Assembly: GCA_964564785.1 (NCBI GenBank)
Contig: CAZMCT010000005.1
Coordinates: 1,661-65,660 of the forward strand
Origin: an uncultured Planctomycetales bacterium
Lineage (GTDB): Bacteria; Planctomycetota; Phycisphaerae; UBA1845; Fen-1342
Direction: 5' to 3'
Length of the DNA: 64,000 bases
Part shown: positions 9,665 to 18,927 of the stretch, piece by piece
Position numbering within the stretch: the stretch's first letter is position 1
How the letters are laid out: each line of letters opens with the position of its first letter
Position numbers and translations under genes: made by a program
Notes under the pieces: generated by a model
What the model saw: the letters and a program-made list of their open reading frames with translations, nothing else
The model's database searches: none
What the model was told of the DNA's origin: nothing

Positions 9665-10747
9665 TCAGGAAGTGGCGACCACGGCTCCGCGCGACGTGGG
9701 CGAGGACCACAGGGACAAGCTCTGCGTGAGCGATTCGAGCAGGATTCGCACGAGCTCGGCGTCCAAGTCGCCGCGTTGCCCGGCTTCGAGGAGGATCGAA
9801 CGGTATTCCTCCGGGGTGTACGCCGGACGGTAGGCCCGCGCGGTGCTCAGGGCGTCGAACACGTCGGCCACGGCCACAATCCGCGCGACGAGGGGGATCG
9901 CATCGCCGCAGAGACCATCGGGGTAGCCGGTGCCGTTGGGACGCTCATGATGCCAGCGGACCACCGGCAGCACGTCGCGGAACGTCCGCAGCGGCTGGAG
10001 AATGTCGTAGCCCACCGCCGGATGGCGTTCGACCAGCTCGCGCTCGGCCGGCAGAAGCCTGTCGGGCTTGTTGAGGATCTGATCGGGCACCGCGACTTTG
10101 CCAATGTCGTGGACAATTCCGCCGGTGCGCAGCACGACGAGTTCGTCGGCCGAGACACCGGCCCGCCGGCCCAGTTCGACGGCATAGGCGCTGACGCGTT
10201 CGACATGCCCGCGGGTGTAAGAGTCGCGCCCCTCGATCGCGTTGGCCAGCGAGGAGATGACCGCGTTCGCGTCCTCGAGGTAGTCGGTGGCGCGTTTGAT
10301 GCGGCAGGCGTTGCCCAGCCGGAGCATGATCTTCTCGGGTCCGGCCGGCCACGAGAGGGCATCATCCGCGCCTGCGGCGAGCAGGGCGGCTTGATCCCTC
10401 GGCCGACCCGCGAGCTGCACCACGATCACCGAGAGGTACGCGGTGCGGAGGTCGAATTTGATGTGGCGGCACAGCTCGAGGAAGGGCGCGGTCTCTGCGT
10501 CGGGCACCAGCAGCACGAGATCCAAATCGGCCTGGTCGCGAAGCCGGCGCAGGACACCGTTCGTTCCCGGGATCCGCTCGCAAAACCACCCCCGAGTCTT
10601 GAGCAGCGATTCGATCTCCAAGGCCGGCGTATTGTCCCCGACGATCAGCACCCGCCCGTTGTCTTTGCGGAGCGTATGAAGCTTCACGGCCTGCCCCGGT
10701 CGCTGCCCCGACCAAGGTCGAGGCCATTTTTTATCTCCCCCCGGCAT
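9665..10747 (-). CDS. response-regulator receiver domain + HD-GYP phosphodiesterase domain protein
   Basis: REC-like N-terminus (RVLIVGDN...DLDLVLLVPD). HD-GYP motifs HDIGK and HHERPNGTGYP. Confidence 0.88.
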   Translation of the reverse strand: MPGGDKKWPRPWSGQRPGQAVKLHTLRKDNGRVLIVGDNTPALEIESLLKTRGWFCERIPGTNGVLRRLRDQADLDLVLLVPDAETAPFLELCRHIKFDLRTAYLSVIVVQLAGRPRDQAALLAAGADDALSWPAGPEKIMLRLGNACRIKRATDYLEDANAVISSLANAIEGRDSYTRGHVERVSAYAVELGRRAGVSADELVVLRTGGIVHDIGKVAVPDQILNKPDRLLPAERELVERHPAVGYDILQPLRTFRDVLPVVRWHHERPNGTGYPDGLCGDAIPLVARIVAVADVFDALSTARAYRPAYTPEEYRSILLEAGQRGDLDAELVRILLESLTQSLSLWSSPTSRGAVVATS

Positions 10748-10878
10748 ACATCGGTCTAAGGGGGATCAGGTATTAGCAATTTGCCGCCCCGCAACTGGAG
10801 CCCACCGCTCCCGCTCACGATGACAGTTACAGCGACGGGCAACTGTCTGCGCCCGGGTCGAAATCCGAGGGAATATCG

Positions 10879-12465
10879 ATGCAGGACGATGCGAACGCAA
10901 CCGTCGGGGCAGCGGCCGAGCAGGCGCGGCAGCAGGTCGCCGCCCGCCTGCAATCGATTTCCTATCTGCCCACGACAGCGAGCGTGGCGATGCGGTTCGT
11001 GGAGCTCGGCCGCAACCCGGACGCCGAGCCCGCCGACTACGCGCGCGTGATCAGCAGCGACAGCTCGCTCAGCAGCAAGCTGCTTTCCCTCTCGAACTCG
11101 TCCTGGGCCGGTGTCCGCAACCGCGTGACGACCGTGCGCGGCGCGGTCAACCTGCTGGGCCTGGGGACCGTCCGCACGCTGGCGATCAGCTACTGCATGA
11201 CGGGGCTGCACAACGAGCTGGGCCTCTCGTCACAGGAATCGGAAGTCTTCTGGGAGGCGTCGCTCTCCAAGGCCCTGGCCGCCAAGCAGTACGCCAGCCT
11301 CTTCGACGCCCGCCTGGCCGACGAGGCGTTCGTGGCCGGCCTGTTCCAGGACTTCGCCCTGGCGGTGCTGTTCTCGGTGCTGCGCGACCGCTACCTGGGG
11401 GTGCTCCAGGACCCGCAGGTGGACGTCGCGACGCTCCTGCTTCGCGAGCGCGAGATGTTCGGCATCGACCACGCCGAGGTGGGGCGGATCCTGGCGCTGA
11501 AGCTCGAGCTGCCCAACCCGTACGTCGACATCATCGGCCTGCACCACAACCGCGAGCGGCTCGAGGAGCTGGTCGAGTCGGTGCCGCTGCGCGACGCGGC
11601 GCTGGTCGCCTCGTTCCTGCCGCACACGCTCCGCTGTTGGAATATTGCGGATGCGGGCGCGCTGCAAGCATTCCTGAGCGAGCGTCGCCCGGGGACCGAC
11701 GCCCACGCGTTCATCAACGAAGTGCAGGAAGAGTTCACGCAACTGTACCAGTACTTCAACGAGGGCGGCGTGCCCGAGACCCAGTTGCCACTTCTGATGG
11801 CCGATGCCGCCCGCGAGCTGGCCAACAGCACGACGGCGCTAGTCGGCCATGTGAACTCGCTGCTGCGTGACGCGGCCGCGATGGGCCAGGTCGTCGACGA
11901 ACGGCTCCGCCGGCTCGAGGATCGCGCCACGCACGATCCGCTGACCGGGGCGCTGCTGCGGCAGACGTTCTGCGACCGTGCCAAGACGCTCCTGGCCCGT
12001 GCCGCCAGCCGCGGGCAGCCGGTGGTCCTGGCCTACTTCGACGTGGACCAGTTCAAGCAGCTCAACGACAGCTTCGGATACGCCGTCGGCGACCAGGTGT
12101 TGCGCGTGGTGGTCGACGTGATCCGCAAGTGGTTGTCCGAGAACGCGCTGATCGGGCGCATGGGCGGCGACGAGTTCGTCGCGCTGCTGGACGACTGCGA
12201 CCCGTCGCAGGCGGCCACGCTGTTCCGCGAGATCGCGGATCGCGTGCACGCGGTGCGGATCGACGTCGGCCACCAGCACTGCAACCCGTCCGTGAGCATC
12301 GGGGTGGTGCCGGCACCGGCCGTGGGCACCGCGGCCCCGCTGCCGGTGCTGATCGAGCTGGCCGACAAGTTGATGTACCAGGCCAAGCGGGCGGGCGGGA
12401 ACCGCGTGCAGTCGCGTGCCCTTTGGGCGGCGGTTACTGGACCATTCCCTTCGTCAGACGCATAA
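10879..12465 (+). CDS. HDOD domain + GGDEF diguanylate cyclase
   Basis: N-terminal HDOD-like region (LPTTASVAMRFVEL...LLGLGTVRTLAISY...GIDHAEVG). C-terminal GGDEF domain with intact RMGGDEFVALL. No RxxD I-site seen 5 aa upstream. Confidence 0.88.
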   Translation: MQDDANATVGAAAEQARQQVAARLQSISYLPTTASVAMRFVELGRNPDAEPADYARVISSDSSLSSKLLSLSNSSWAGVRNRVTTVRGAVNLLGLGTVRTLAISYCMTGLHNELGLSSQESEVFWEASLSKALAAKQYASLFDARLADEAFVAGLFQDFALAVLFSVLRDRYLGVLQDPQVDVATLLLREREMFGIDHAEVGRILALKLELPNPYVDIIGLHHNRERLEELVESVPLRDAALVASFLPHTLRCWNIADAGALQAFLSERRPGTDAHAFINEVQEEFTQLYQYFNEGGVPETQLPLLMADAARELANSTTALVGHVNSLLRDAAAMGQVVDERLRRLEDRATHDPLTGALLRQTFCDRAKTLLARAASRGQPVVLAYFDVDQFKQLNDSFGYAVGDQVLRVVVDVIRKWLSENALIGRMGGDEFVALLDDCDPSQAATLFREIADRVHAVRIDVGHQHCNPSVSIGVVPAPAVGTAAPLPVLIELADKLMYQAKRAGGNRVQSRALWAAVTGPFPSSDA

Positions 12466-13363
12466 AAGCGGTTTCGAGGTTCACTTCCTCGGGCTTGATT
12501 TCTTGAATGCGGAGCCGCTGGGCGAGCAGCGCTTCGGCGATGAAGCTGAAGTCGCTGGTCTCGGTGTTCAGGCGCACGAGCAGTGCGCCGTCGTTGAGCT
12601 GCACCTCGGCGACGTTGGGCAGGGCGGCCAGCGCGGCGCGGGCCTTCTCGACGTCATCCGGCGTGACGACGTGCACGGTGGTGCCGATGCGGGCCCGCCG
12701 CACGGCTTCGCGCACCGAACCCTGGAACACCAGCTCCCCATGCTCGAGGATGCCGATGGTCGTGCACAGATCGGCCAGCTCGGGCAGGATGTGCGAGCTG
12801 ATGATGATGGTCTTGCCCATGCGGTGCAGCTCCTTGAGCAGCTCGCGGATCTCGATCCGCGCCCGCGGATCGAGCCCGCTGGCCGGCTCGTCCAGCAGCA
12901 GCACCTTGGGGTCATGCAGCAGTACGCGGGCGATCGACAGCCGCTGCTTCATTCCGCGCGAAAGCGAGTCGACCAGCGCGTCGCGCTTGAAGGACAGATC
13001 GGTCAGCTCGAGCACGTCGCCCACGATCTGCGCCCGCTTCTTGCCGCCGATGTCGTACGCGGCCGCGAAGAACTCGAGGTACTCCTGGACGACCATGTCC
13101 TCGTAGGCGCCGAAAAAGTCGGGCACGTAGCCGATCAGCGGGCGGATCTTGCGGCTCTCGTAGCCCACGACGTGGCCGCAGACGCGCGCCTCGCCCCAGG
13201 TGGGTTGCAGCAGCGTGGCCAGGATGCGGATCGTGGTCGTCTTGCCCGCTCCGTTGGGCCCGATGTAGCCGAAGCACTCGCCCTCCTCGATCTCGAGCTG
13301 GAGGTTGTTCAGCGCAACCAGCTTGCCGTACTTCTTCGTCAGATTGATGGTCTGGATGATCAC
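12434..13363 (-). CDS. ABC transporter ATP-binding protein (ABC-2/GldA-like, with a C-terminal accessory domain)
   Basis: Walker A GPNGAGKTT, signature LSRGMKQR, Walker B LLLDEPASGLD, H-loop SSHIL. GTG start 15 nt after the upstream gene's stop. The 3' end overlaps the convergent GGDEF gene by 32 nt. Confidence 0.92.
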   Translation of the reverse strand: MIIQTINLTKKYGKLVALNNLQLEIEEGECFGYIGPNGAGKTTTIRILATLLQPTWGEARVCGHVVGYESRKIRPLIGYVPDFFGAYEDMVVQEYLEFFAAAYDIGGKKRAQIVGDVLELTDLSFKRDALVDSLSRGMKQRLSIARVLLHDPKVLLLDEPASGLDPRARIEIRELLKELHRMGKTIIISSHILPELADLCTTIGILEHGELVFQGSVREAVRRARIGTTVHVVTPDDVEKARAALAALPNVAEVQLNDGALLVRLNTETSDFSFIAEALLAQRLRIQEIKPEEVNLETAFMRLTKGMVQ

Positions 13364-13378
13364 GCGGAGCGACTCCCG

Positions 13379-15820
13379 CTACTCCCATACGACCGGCATG
13401 CGGACCCGGTAGAACGTCAATCCCGCGTTGGACTCCAGCGGCCGACCGTTGCGGTGCAACCGCGCCGGCGGCGGCTCCTCGCACCACGCGATCAGAATCG
13501 CCTGATCCCCTACGAGCCAGTGCGTGACGTCGAGCTCGGGCATGCCGTCCGCGGTCACGGGCGTGCCAACCGAGTTGAAGTCGCTCCCGCGGTTGTGAAG
13601 ATAGAAGTTCCGCGTACAGGCCAGGAGCACCATGCGTAAGCGTTCGGGCAGCTCCGTGCGCGCGAACCCGAACACGTTGCCCGCCCAGCCCTGCTGTTCG
13701 TGCCAGAGCGTGGGCAGGTCGGGCATTTCCGCCCGCTTGCGGGTGCGCGGGTTCCACTCGGAAAGGTTGCGGTCCACACGCTCGTACGTCGCTGCGCCCA
13801 GCTTGTTCACGCGCTGCCCCGGGTCGATCCGCGGCACCGGCAGCGCCAGCACGTTCAGCGCGGGGGGCACGACTTCGTTGGGTTCGGGCATCACGCCCCG
13901 CTCCTCGGGCAACGCGTAGCGTTTGACGAGCCCGGCCGCACGCTGGGCGAACACGCCGGCAGCGTCGCTCGAATCCTCTCCGCGCGGCCGTGGATCGACA
14001 TACAACAGGTATCCGCCGGCCAGCGCGACCGGCAGATCGTTCTTGAGCCAGCTCGCCTCCGTGACGCGGCCGGTGGAGCGCTCGATCCTCAGGTCGCCGG
14101 AGAGCGTCCCGCCCAGCTCGCCGCTCCAGTAGCCCTCGAACTGCTTGAGCGTGGCACGCATGAGCACATCGTCGATTTCCGAGCGGCTCGGCACGGCGGC
14201 ATACCGCGCGGGGGTGACGTACGAATTCGCGCGGAACGGGTGTCGCGCCAGCGGCCGCAGGAAGTTGGTCGGCCGGAGCGACGGTCCTGCCACGCTGGCG
14301 CGCGTCGCGGTGTTTACCGCTTCGTTCGGCAGCGTGAGCCCCACCCGCTGACGGATCGGGCTGCGGTACCCGAACAGGCAGTAGCCGCGGGCCGTCGGCT
14401 GGCCGGCCTCCACGTCGAGCACCCCCACGCTCTGCACGCCGCGCGAGAGCCCGCGCAGCAGGCTGACGGTGCCCAAGCTCAGCGCACTGGCGGCGACGGC
14501 GAAAGCCGCGAACACGGTCCAGCTCAAATGCGTGCGGTTCGTTCGCCGCAGCCAATACCAGCTCGCCAGCGTGGCCAGACCGATGTAGCCGGCGACGAAC
14601 AGGAAGGCCGCCAGGCCGCTCAGGGCGGTCGTGCCGGCGAACGCGACCGGTTGGACGAACCCGTCGTACAGGGGGATGCGGAGCATGCCGAACTGCGCCG
14701 ACTCTCTCTGTCGGTTCACGAAGGCCTCGGTGTAGGGGTTCAGGTCCAGCAGCAGCCGGAAAAACAGGCCCTCACGGACCGCCACGCTGGCCGGATCGGT
14801 GAGGTCGCGCAGGCCGGCCGCGGTCGCGACCACGCGCCCGCTACCGACCAGCCGCAGGGCGATCAGATTCAGCGGCATGTTGCCCGGCCCGAAGTCACCC
14901 AGCACGCGGACGGCATCGGGCTGCAACCCCGTCGGGTCTCGAAAAAGCTCGGCCGTCGTGACGGCGACCGGAGCTCGGAACTCACGGGCCCCGCCGGCCG
15001 TCAGGCTCTCGCTGAACACGGGCAGCTTGTTGACTTCGACCGTCGGCCCCTCGCCGGTCAACGGCAGCAGGGGGGCCAGGTCGCTCTTGCGGACGTTCGG
15101 CCAGCTCGCACCCAGCCCGAGGATCAACTGTCCGCCGGCGTGCACCCACTGGAGGAGGGCGTCGCGCTGGGGGATGGTCAGTTTGCTCGGATCGGGCTGG
15201 TCCCAGACGATGACGTTCACCGGCTCAAGCCCCCACCAGCGGTCGGGCAGATCCGTGGGCGGCATCCGCGCGACCACGATGTTGCGGTAGTAGGGCCGCG
15301 CGATATCGCTGGGCTGGCCGGGGCGGTAGCCGGGGGTGAGCAGGGTGTTCAACGCGGCGAGCTGCGGGTAGCTCAGGTCAAGCACCAGAAAATCGTCGGC
15401 GCTGAGCGGCATCAATGGCTGCTGCGGGAGCGGCAACTCGGCCACGCGGCCGCCGTCGGCGTCGATCACGTCGATCGCTTCGGGCAGCTCATGCGTGGCC
15501 TGGGCGACGACATAGCACCAGAATCGCTTGGGCGGCCCGGCCTCGCCGCCGAGCGTGACCTGGGGCTGCGTGAAAGCCACGCGGTCACCGTCCAGGTCGA
15601 TGCCCGTGCAGCGCAGCTCGCCGGAAAAGACCCGGCTGCCCTGGGTCTTGAGTGAGACGCGGATGGGGAGCCACTGGCCGGGACGAAAAACCGGCGTGTT
15701 CGCGGCGGCGAAGCCGAGGCCGTCGACCGTTCCCTGGACGATCTGGGCGGGCGCGTGGACCGACCCGGCCGCGAGGGCCGCGGGAAGCAGCAGCAGGACT
15801 GCACGAACTCTCGTATCCAC
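13379..15820 (-). CDS. large membrane protein, hypothetical (signal peptide, ~430-aa N-terminal ectodomain, two central TM helices, ~350-aa C-terminal domain)
   Basis: Start set at GTG 15820, which gives the signal peptide VDTRVRAVLLLLPAALAAGSVHA/PAQ. The ORF-track start at 15958 is also possible. Central helices are LSGLAAFLFVAGYIGLATLASWYW and WTVFAAFAVAASALSLGTVSLL. The segment VIVWDQPDPSKLTIPQRDALLQWVHAGGQLILG resembles GldG/ABC_transp_aux-type domains (weak, from memory). Confidence 0.6.
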   Translation of the reverse strand: MDTRVRAVLLLLPAALAAGSVHAPAQIVQGTVDGLGFAAANTPVFRPGQWLPIRVSLKTQGSRVFSGELRCTGIDLDGDRVAFTQPQVTLGGEAGPPKRFWCYVVAQATHELPEAIDVIDADGGRVAELPLPQQPLMPLSADDFLVLDLSYPQLAALNTLLTPGYRPGQPSDIARPYYRNIVVARMPPTDLPDRWWGLEPVNVIVWDQPDPSKLTIPQRDALLQWVHAGGQLILGLGASWPNVRKSDLAPLLPLTGEGPTVEVNKLPVFSESLTAGGAREFRAPVAVTTAELFRDPTGLQPDAVRVLGDFGPGNMPLNLIALRLVGSGRVVATAAGLRDLTDPASVAVREGLFFRLLLDLNPYTEAFVNRQRESAQFGMLRIPLYDGFVQPVAFAGTTALSGLAAFLFVAGYIGLATLASWYWLRRTNRTHLSWTVFAAFAVAASALSLGTVSLLRGLSRGVQSVGVLDVEAGQPTARGYCLFGYRSPIRQRVGLTLPNEAVNTATRASVAGPSLRPTNFLRPLARHPFRANSYVTPARYAAVPSRSEIDDVLMRATLKQFEGYWSGELGGTLSGDLRIERSTGRVTEASWLKNDLPVALAGGYLLYVDPRPRGEDSSDAAGVFAQRAAGLVKRYALPEERGVMPEPNEVVPPALNVLALPVPRIDPGQRVNKLGAATYERVDRNLSEWNPRTRKRAEMPDLPTLWHEQQGWAGNVFGFARTELPERLRMVLLACTRNFYLHNRGSDFNSVGTPVTADGMPELDVTHWLVGDQAILIAWCEEPPPARLHRNGRPLESNAGLTFYRVRMPVVWE

Positions 15821-16107
15821 TGGCGACGTCCAGACTTCCCGGCCGATGACCCTGCGCCGCCCCCGGGCGGAGACCCATTCTGGTATACCACAAACGGCGT
15901 GGGGCCGAAACCGCGCGGGGCACCGACCATTCTTGACACGCGGCGCAAGCGCGGGCACACTGTTTTCTTACGCTGGACCGCCCGGAAGGTGGTGGCGACG
16001 CTGGTGTCGGATGCGGGTCTTCAACATCGACATCCCGCAAGAGTTCGAGCCCCCGCCGGGGCTATGTCCGCCACCGTAGTCCGCGTTTCACAGGCTTGGA
16101 CATCGCA

Positions 16108-16139
16108 GCCCTGGCACCCCGCGGTGGCCAGGGCTTTTT
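16108..16139 (+). terminator. intrinsic-terminator-like hairpin + T5 inside the MATE gene leader (possible attenuator)
   Basis: GCCCTGGC (16108-16115) pairs perfectly with GCCAGGGC (16127-16134). The inner ACC/GGT pairs extend the stem. TTTTT follows at 16135-16139, 19 nt before the GTG at 16158. No + strand gene lies upstream. Confidence 0.55.
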
Positions 16140-16157
16140 CGTATTCGGGGAACCGTC

Positions 16158-17663
16158 GTGTCGCACGCAACCACAACACCGGATCGTCCGCTCCGCACGC
16201 GAGCCGCGCTGGGCGAACTGATCGCCCTGGCGCTGCCCATCATCGGGATGACGGTTTCACGCATGCTGATGGGCTTCGTCGATTTCGTCATGGTCTCGGC
16301 CCTGGGCACCGCGGCCCAGGCGGCCATTTCACCGGCGACGCTGTTCGTATTCGTGCTCTGCTGTCTCGGCATGGGCGTCGCGCAGGCCACGCAGACCTTC
16401 GTCTCGCAGGCCGAGGGCCGCGGCGAGCCCCACCGGGCCGCCGGCTACACCTGGCAGAGTCTTTACATCGCCCTCGCGGTCGGTCTTCTCACCCTCCCGG
16501 TCGTCGTGACCACGCCGACGTGGTTCGGCCTGATCGCGCGCCTGGGCCGGCACACGCCGGAGGTGACGGCGCTTGAAATCGAATATCTTCGCATCGCGCT
16601 GTGGAGCCTCGTGCCGTCGATCCTGTGCGTCGGGATGGAGGGCTTTTTCAACGGCATTCAGCGGCCGCGAGTGGCGCTGCTGGCGGTGGTCGCGGCCCTG
16701 GCCGTCAACGTGGTCGGGAACTGGCTGCTGATCTTCGGTCAGCTTGGGTTTCCCAGGATGGGGATCGGGGGGGCGGCGCTGGCGACGGTCATCGGCTGGT
16801 GGGTGCGGACGGCGATCCTGACAGCGGCGCTGCTGGCTCCGGGGATCAATGACCGCTATGGCACGCGGCGTGCCCTGGCGTTGCGGCTCGAAATGCTCGG
16901 TGGACTGCTGCGGGTCGGTGGGCCGACCGGGCTGCAATGGCTGATCGACATCGGTTCGTGGACCGTGTTCATGATGCTCATCATCCCGCCGCTGGGCCTG
17001 CCGGCGCTGGCGGCCACGAACATCGGCTTGCAGCTCATGCACCTCTCGTTCATGCCGGCGCTGGGGTTGGGCGTCGCGCTGTGCTCGCAGGTCGGGTTCG
17101 CGATCGGCGCCCGCCGGTCGGCGGAGGCCCGCCAGCGGGCGAACGTGGCGCTTGCGGTCAACGCGGTGTACATGGGCGCCGTGGGGTTGCTGTTCCTCGC
17201 GCTGCGCGACCCGCTGATGAGGCTGTTCACGACCGACCCGGCGGTGATCGCGGCCGGCGGCTGGGTGCTGATCTGGGCGGCCGTTTTTCAGGTGTTCGAC
17301 GCGATGGGCATCACGTTCATGAACGCGCTGCGCGGCGCCGGCGACACGCGTTGGCCGGCGATTCTCATGGCGGTGTGTTGCTGGGGCGTGTTTGTCGCGG
17401 GCGGGTGCGCGACGGTCACGTGGGCCCCGGAGTGGGGCCTGAACGGGCCGTGGGCGATGTGCACGCTGTACATCATGCTGGTGGGGGTCGGGCTGTGGTG
17501 GCGCTGGGCCGCGGGCCGCTGGGAAGCGCTGGCGATCTTCAGCCCGGCAGTGCCCGCCGGCGGGCCGGCGGGCACCGTCCCGGGCGAACCGCCGCGGACG
17601 ACGAAAACGCCGGCCGAGGCCCCGCTGGCCGGCCTGTCGTCTGTGGGCGAGGTCGCGTCCTGA
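16158..17663 (+). CDS. MATE family efflux transporter
   Basis: About 12 hydrophobic helices. The N-terminus ELIALALPIIGMTVSRMLMGFVDFVMVSALGTAAQAAI and an internal repeat (LLRVGGPTGLQWLIDIGSW) are typical of MatE repeats. Confidence 0.9.
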   Translation: MSHATTTPDRPLRTRAALGELIALALPIIGMTVSRMLMGFVDFVMVSALGTAAQAAISPATLFVFVLCCLGMGVAQATQTFVSQAEGRGEPHRAAGYTWQSLYIALAVGLLTLPVVVTTPTWFGLIARLGRHTPEVTALEIEYLRIALWSLVPSILCVGMEGFFNGIQRPRVALLAVVAALAVNVVGNWLLIFGQLGFPRMGIGGAALATVIGWWVRTAILTAALLAPGINDRYGTRRALALRLEMLGGLLRVGGPTGLQWLIDIGSWTVFMMLIIPPLGLPALAATNIGLQLMHLSFMPALGLGVALCSQVGFAIGARRSAEARQRANVALAVNAVYMGAVGLLFLALRDPLMRLFTTDPAVIAAGGWVLIWAAVFQVFDAMGITFMNALRGAGDTRWPAILMAVCCWGVFVAGGCATVTWAPEWGLNGPWAMCTLYIMLVGVGLWWRWAAGRWEALAIFSPAVPAGGPAGTVPGEPPRTTKTPAEAPLAGLSSVGEVAS

Positions 17664-17750
17664 GGCTTGAATCACGGCGGGGGTGGGCCCGTGGTTTACG
17701 CCGTCGGGCTCCGCGTCCGGCGGCGGGCATGCGGTTTTTGCCCCGCGCGG

Positions 17751-18758
17751 CTACGCGGGCGGCTCGGCCTGCGGCTTGACCGGCTCCGGGTGGCGCTCGG
17801 TCGCGACCAGCGAGATCACGATCCCGCCGGCGAGAAACGCGGCGATCACGGCCAGCGAGACCCCGGTCGGGATCGGGTAGTGGTGCGAGAGGAGCATCTT
17901 GATGCCAACGTACGCCAACACCAGCACCAGGCTCGACTTGAGATAGCGGAAGCGCTCGAGCAAGCCGGCCAGCGCGAAGTAGAGCGACCGCAGGTTCAAG
18001 ATCGCGAACACGTTCGATGTGAACACGATGAACGGGTCGTTGTAGGGGTGCGTGATCGCGAACACGGCCGGGATCGAGTCGACCGCGAACATCACGTCGG
18101 TGCTCTCGATGACCAGCAGGACGAGGAACAGGGGGGTGATCGCGCGGCGGCCGTCGAGGCGCGTGAAGAACCGCTCGCCGACAAACGTGGGCGTGACCGG
18201 GTAAAACCGCCGCGCCAGCCGGACGAGGGGGTTCTTGTCCGGCTCGACCTGCTCATCGCCGTGAAAGAGCATTTTCGCGGCCGTGATCAGCAACAGGACG
18301 CCGAAGACGTAGATGATCCAGGTGAAACGCTGAATCAGGGCCGTGCCGGCCGCGATCATGATGCCGCGCATGATCAGGGCGCCCATGATGCCCCAGAAGA
18401 GGGTGCGGTGCTGGTAGATCCGCGGGACCGCGAAGTAGCTGAAGATCAGGGCGATGACGAAGATGTTGTCGAGCGAGAGGGACTGCTCGACGACCCAGCC
18501 GGTGAGGAACTGGAGGGCGGCGTCGCGGGGCGTGAGGTGCGCGCCTGTGTCGGGGTGGACCGCCCGGAGCCAGCCTTGGGCATAGAGCCAGTAGACCGCG
18601 CCGCTGAAGGCCACGGCCAGCACCGCGCAAAAGCCGCTGAACCCCAGCGCCTGCCGCGTACTGACCACGCGCGCCTTGCGATTCAGCACGCCCAGATCGA
18701 GCGCGAGGATCGTGAGCACCAGGGCGATGAACGCGATCCACAACCAGACGACGAGCAT
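17751..18758 (-). CDS. TerC/Alx family integral membrane protein
   Basis: Motifs LSLDNIFVIALIF and AVDSIPAVFAIT, with multiple TM helices. Start placed at the internal ATG 18758 (MLVVWLWIAF...); the ORF-track start 18794 is also possible. Confidence 0.88.
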   Translation of the reverse strand: MLVVWLWIAFIALVLTILALDLGVLNRKARVVSTRQALGFSGFCAVLAVAFSGAVYWLYAQGWLRAVHPDTGAHLTPRDAALQFLTGWVVEQSLSLDNIFVIALIFSYFAVPRIYQHRTLFWGIMGALIMRGIMIAAGTALIQRFTWIIYVFGVLLLITAAKMLFHGDEQVEPDKNPLVRLARRFYPVTPTFVGERFFTRLDGRRAITPLFLVLLVIESTDVMFAVDSIPAVFAITHPYNDPFIVFTSNVFAILNLRSLYFALAGLLERFRYLKSSLVLVLAYVGIKMLLSHHYPIPTGVSLAVIAAFLAGGIVISLVATERHPEPVKPQAEPPA

Positions 18759-18927
18759 CACTGTCCTAGCGTGGCCCCGGAACCCGGGAATCACCGAAGC
18801 GGCGGCTGGCGATCACAAGCCGGCTCATGGCCGCCCGTCGGCGGCTGCCTGTTTTCCCGTACTCGTCTTCTCGGCTGCCCTTCGCGTTTCCCTACGACCC
18901 TGCGGTGACCAGGCTCAGAGATCAGGC

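Noticed and set aside
15960-16157. Guanidine (ykkC, mini-ykkC, ykkC-III), fluoride or sigma-54 (TGGCAC at 16112) elements in the MATE leader.
   Set aside because: None of the remembered core sequences (CUAGGGUUCCG/GGUCCGAGAG, ACGR loops, GGCGAUGG...) are present. TGGCAC is not followed by TTGC at the -12 spacing and is part of the hairpin stem.
17664-17750. Terminator between the convergent MATE and TerC genes (GCGGGGCA...TGCCCGC, T5 on the + strand).
   Set aside because: The stem needs a bulge, and the T-run is in the loop rather than 3' of the stem on either strand. It is not a convincing intrinsic terminator.
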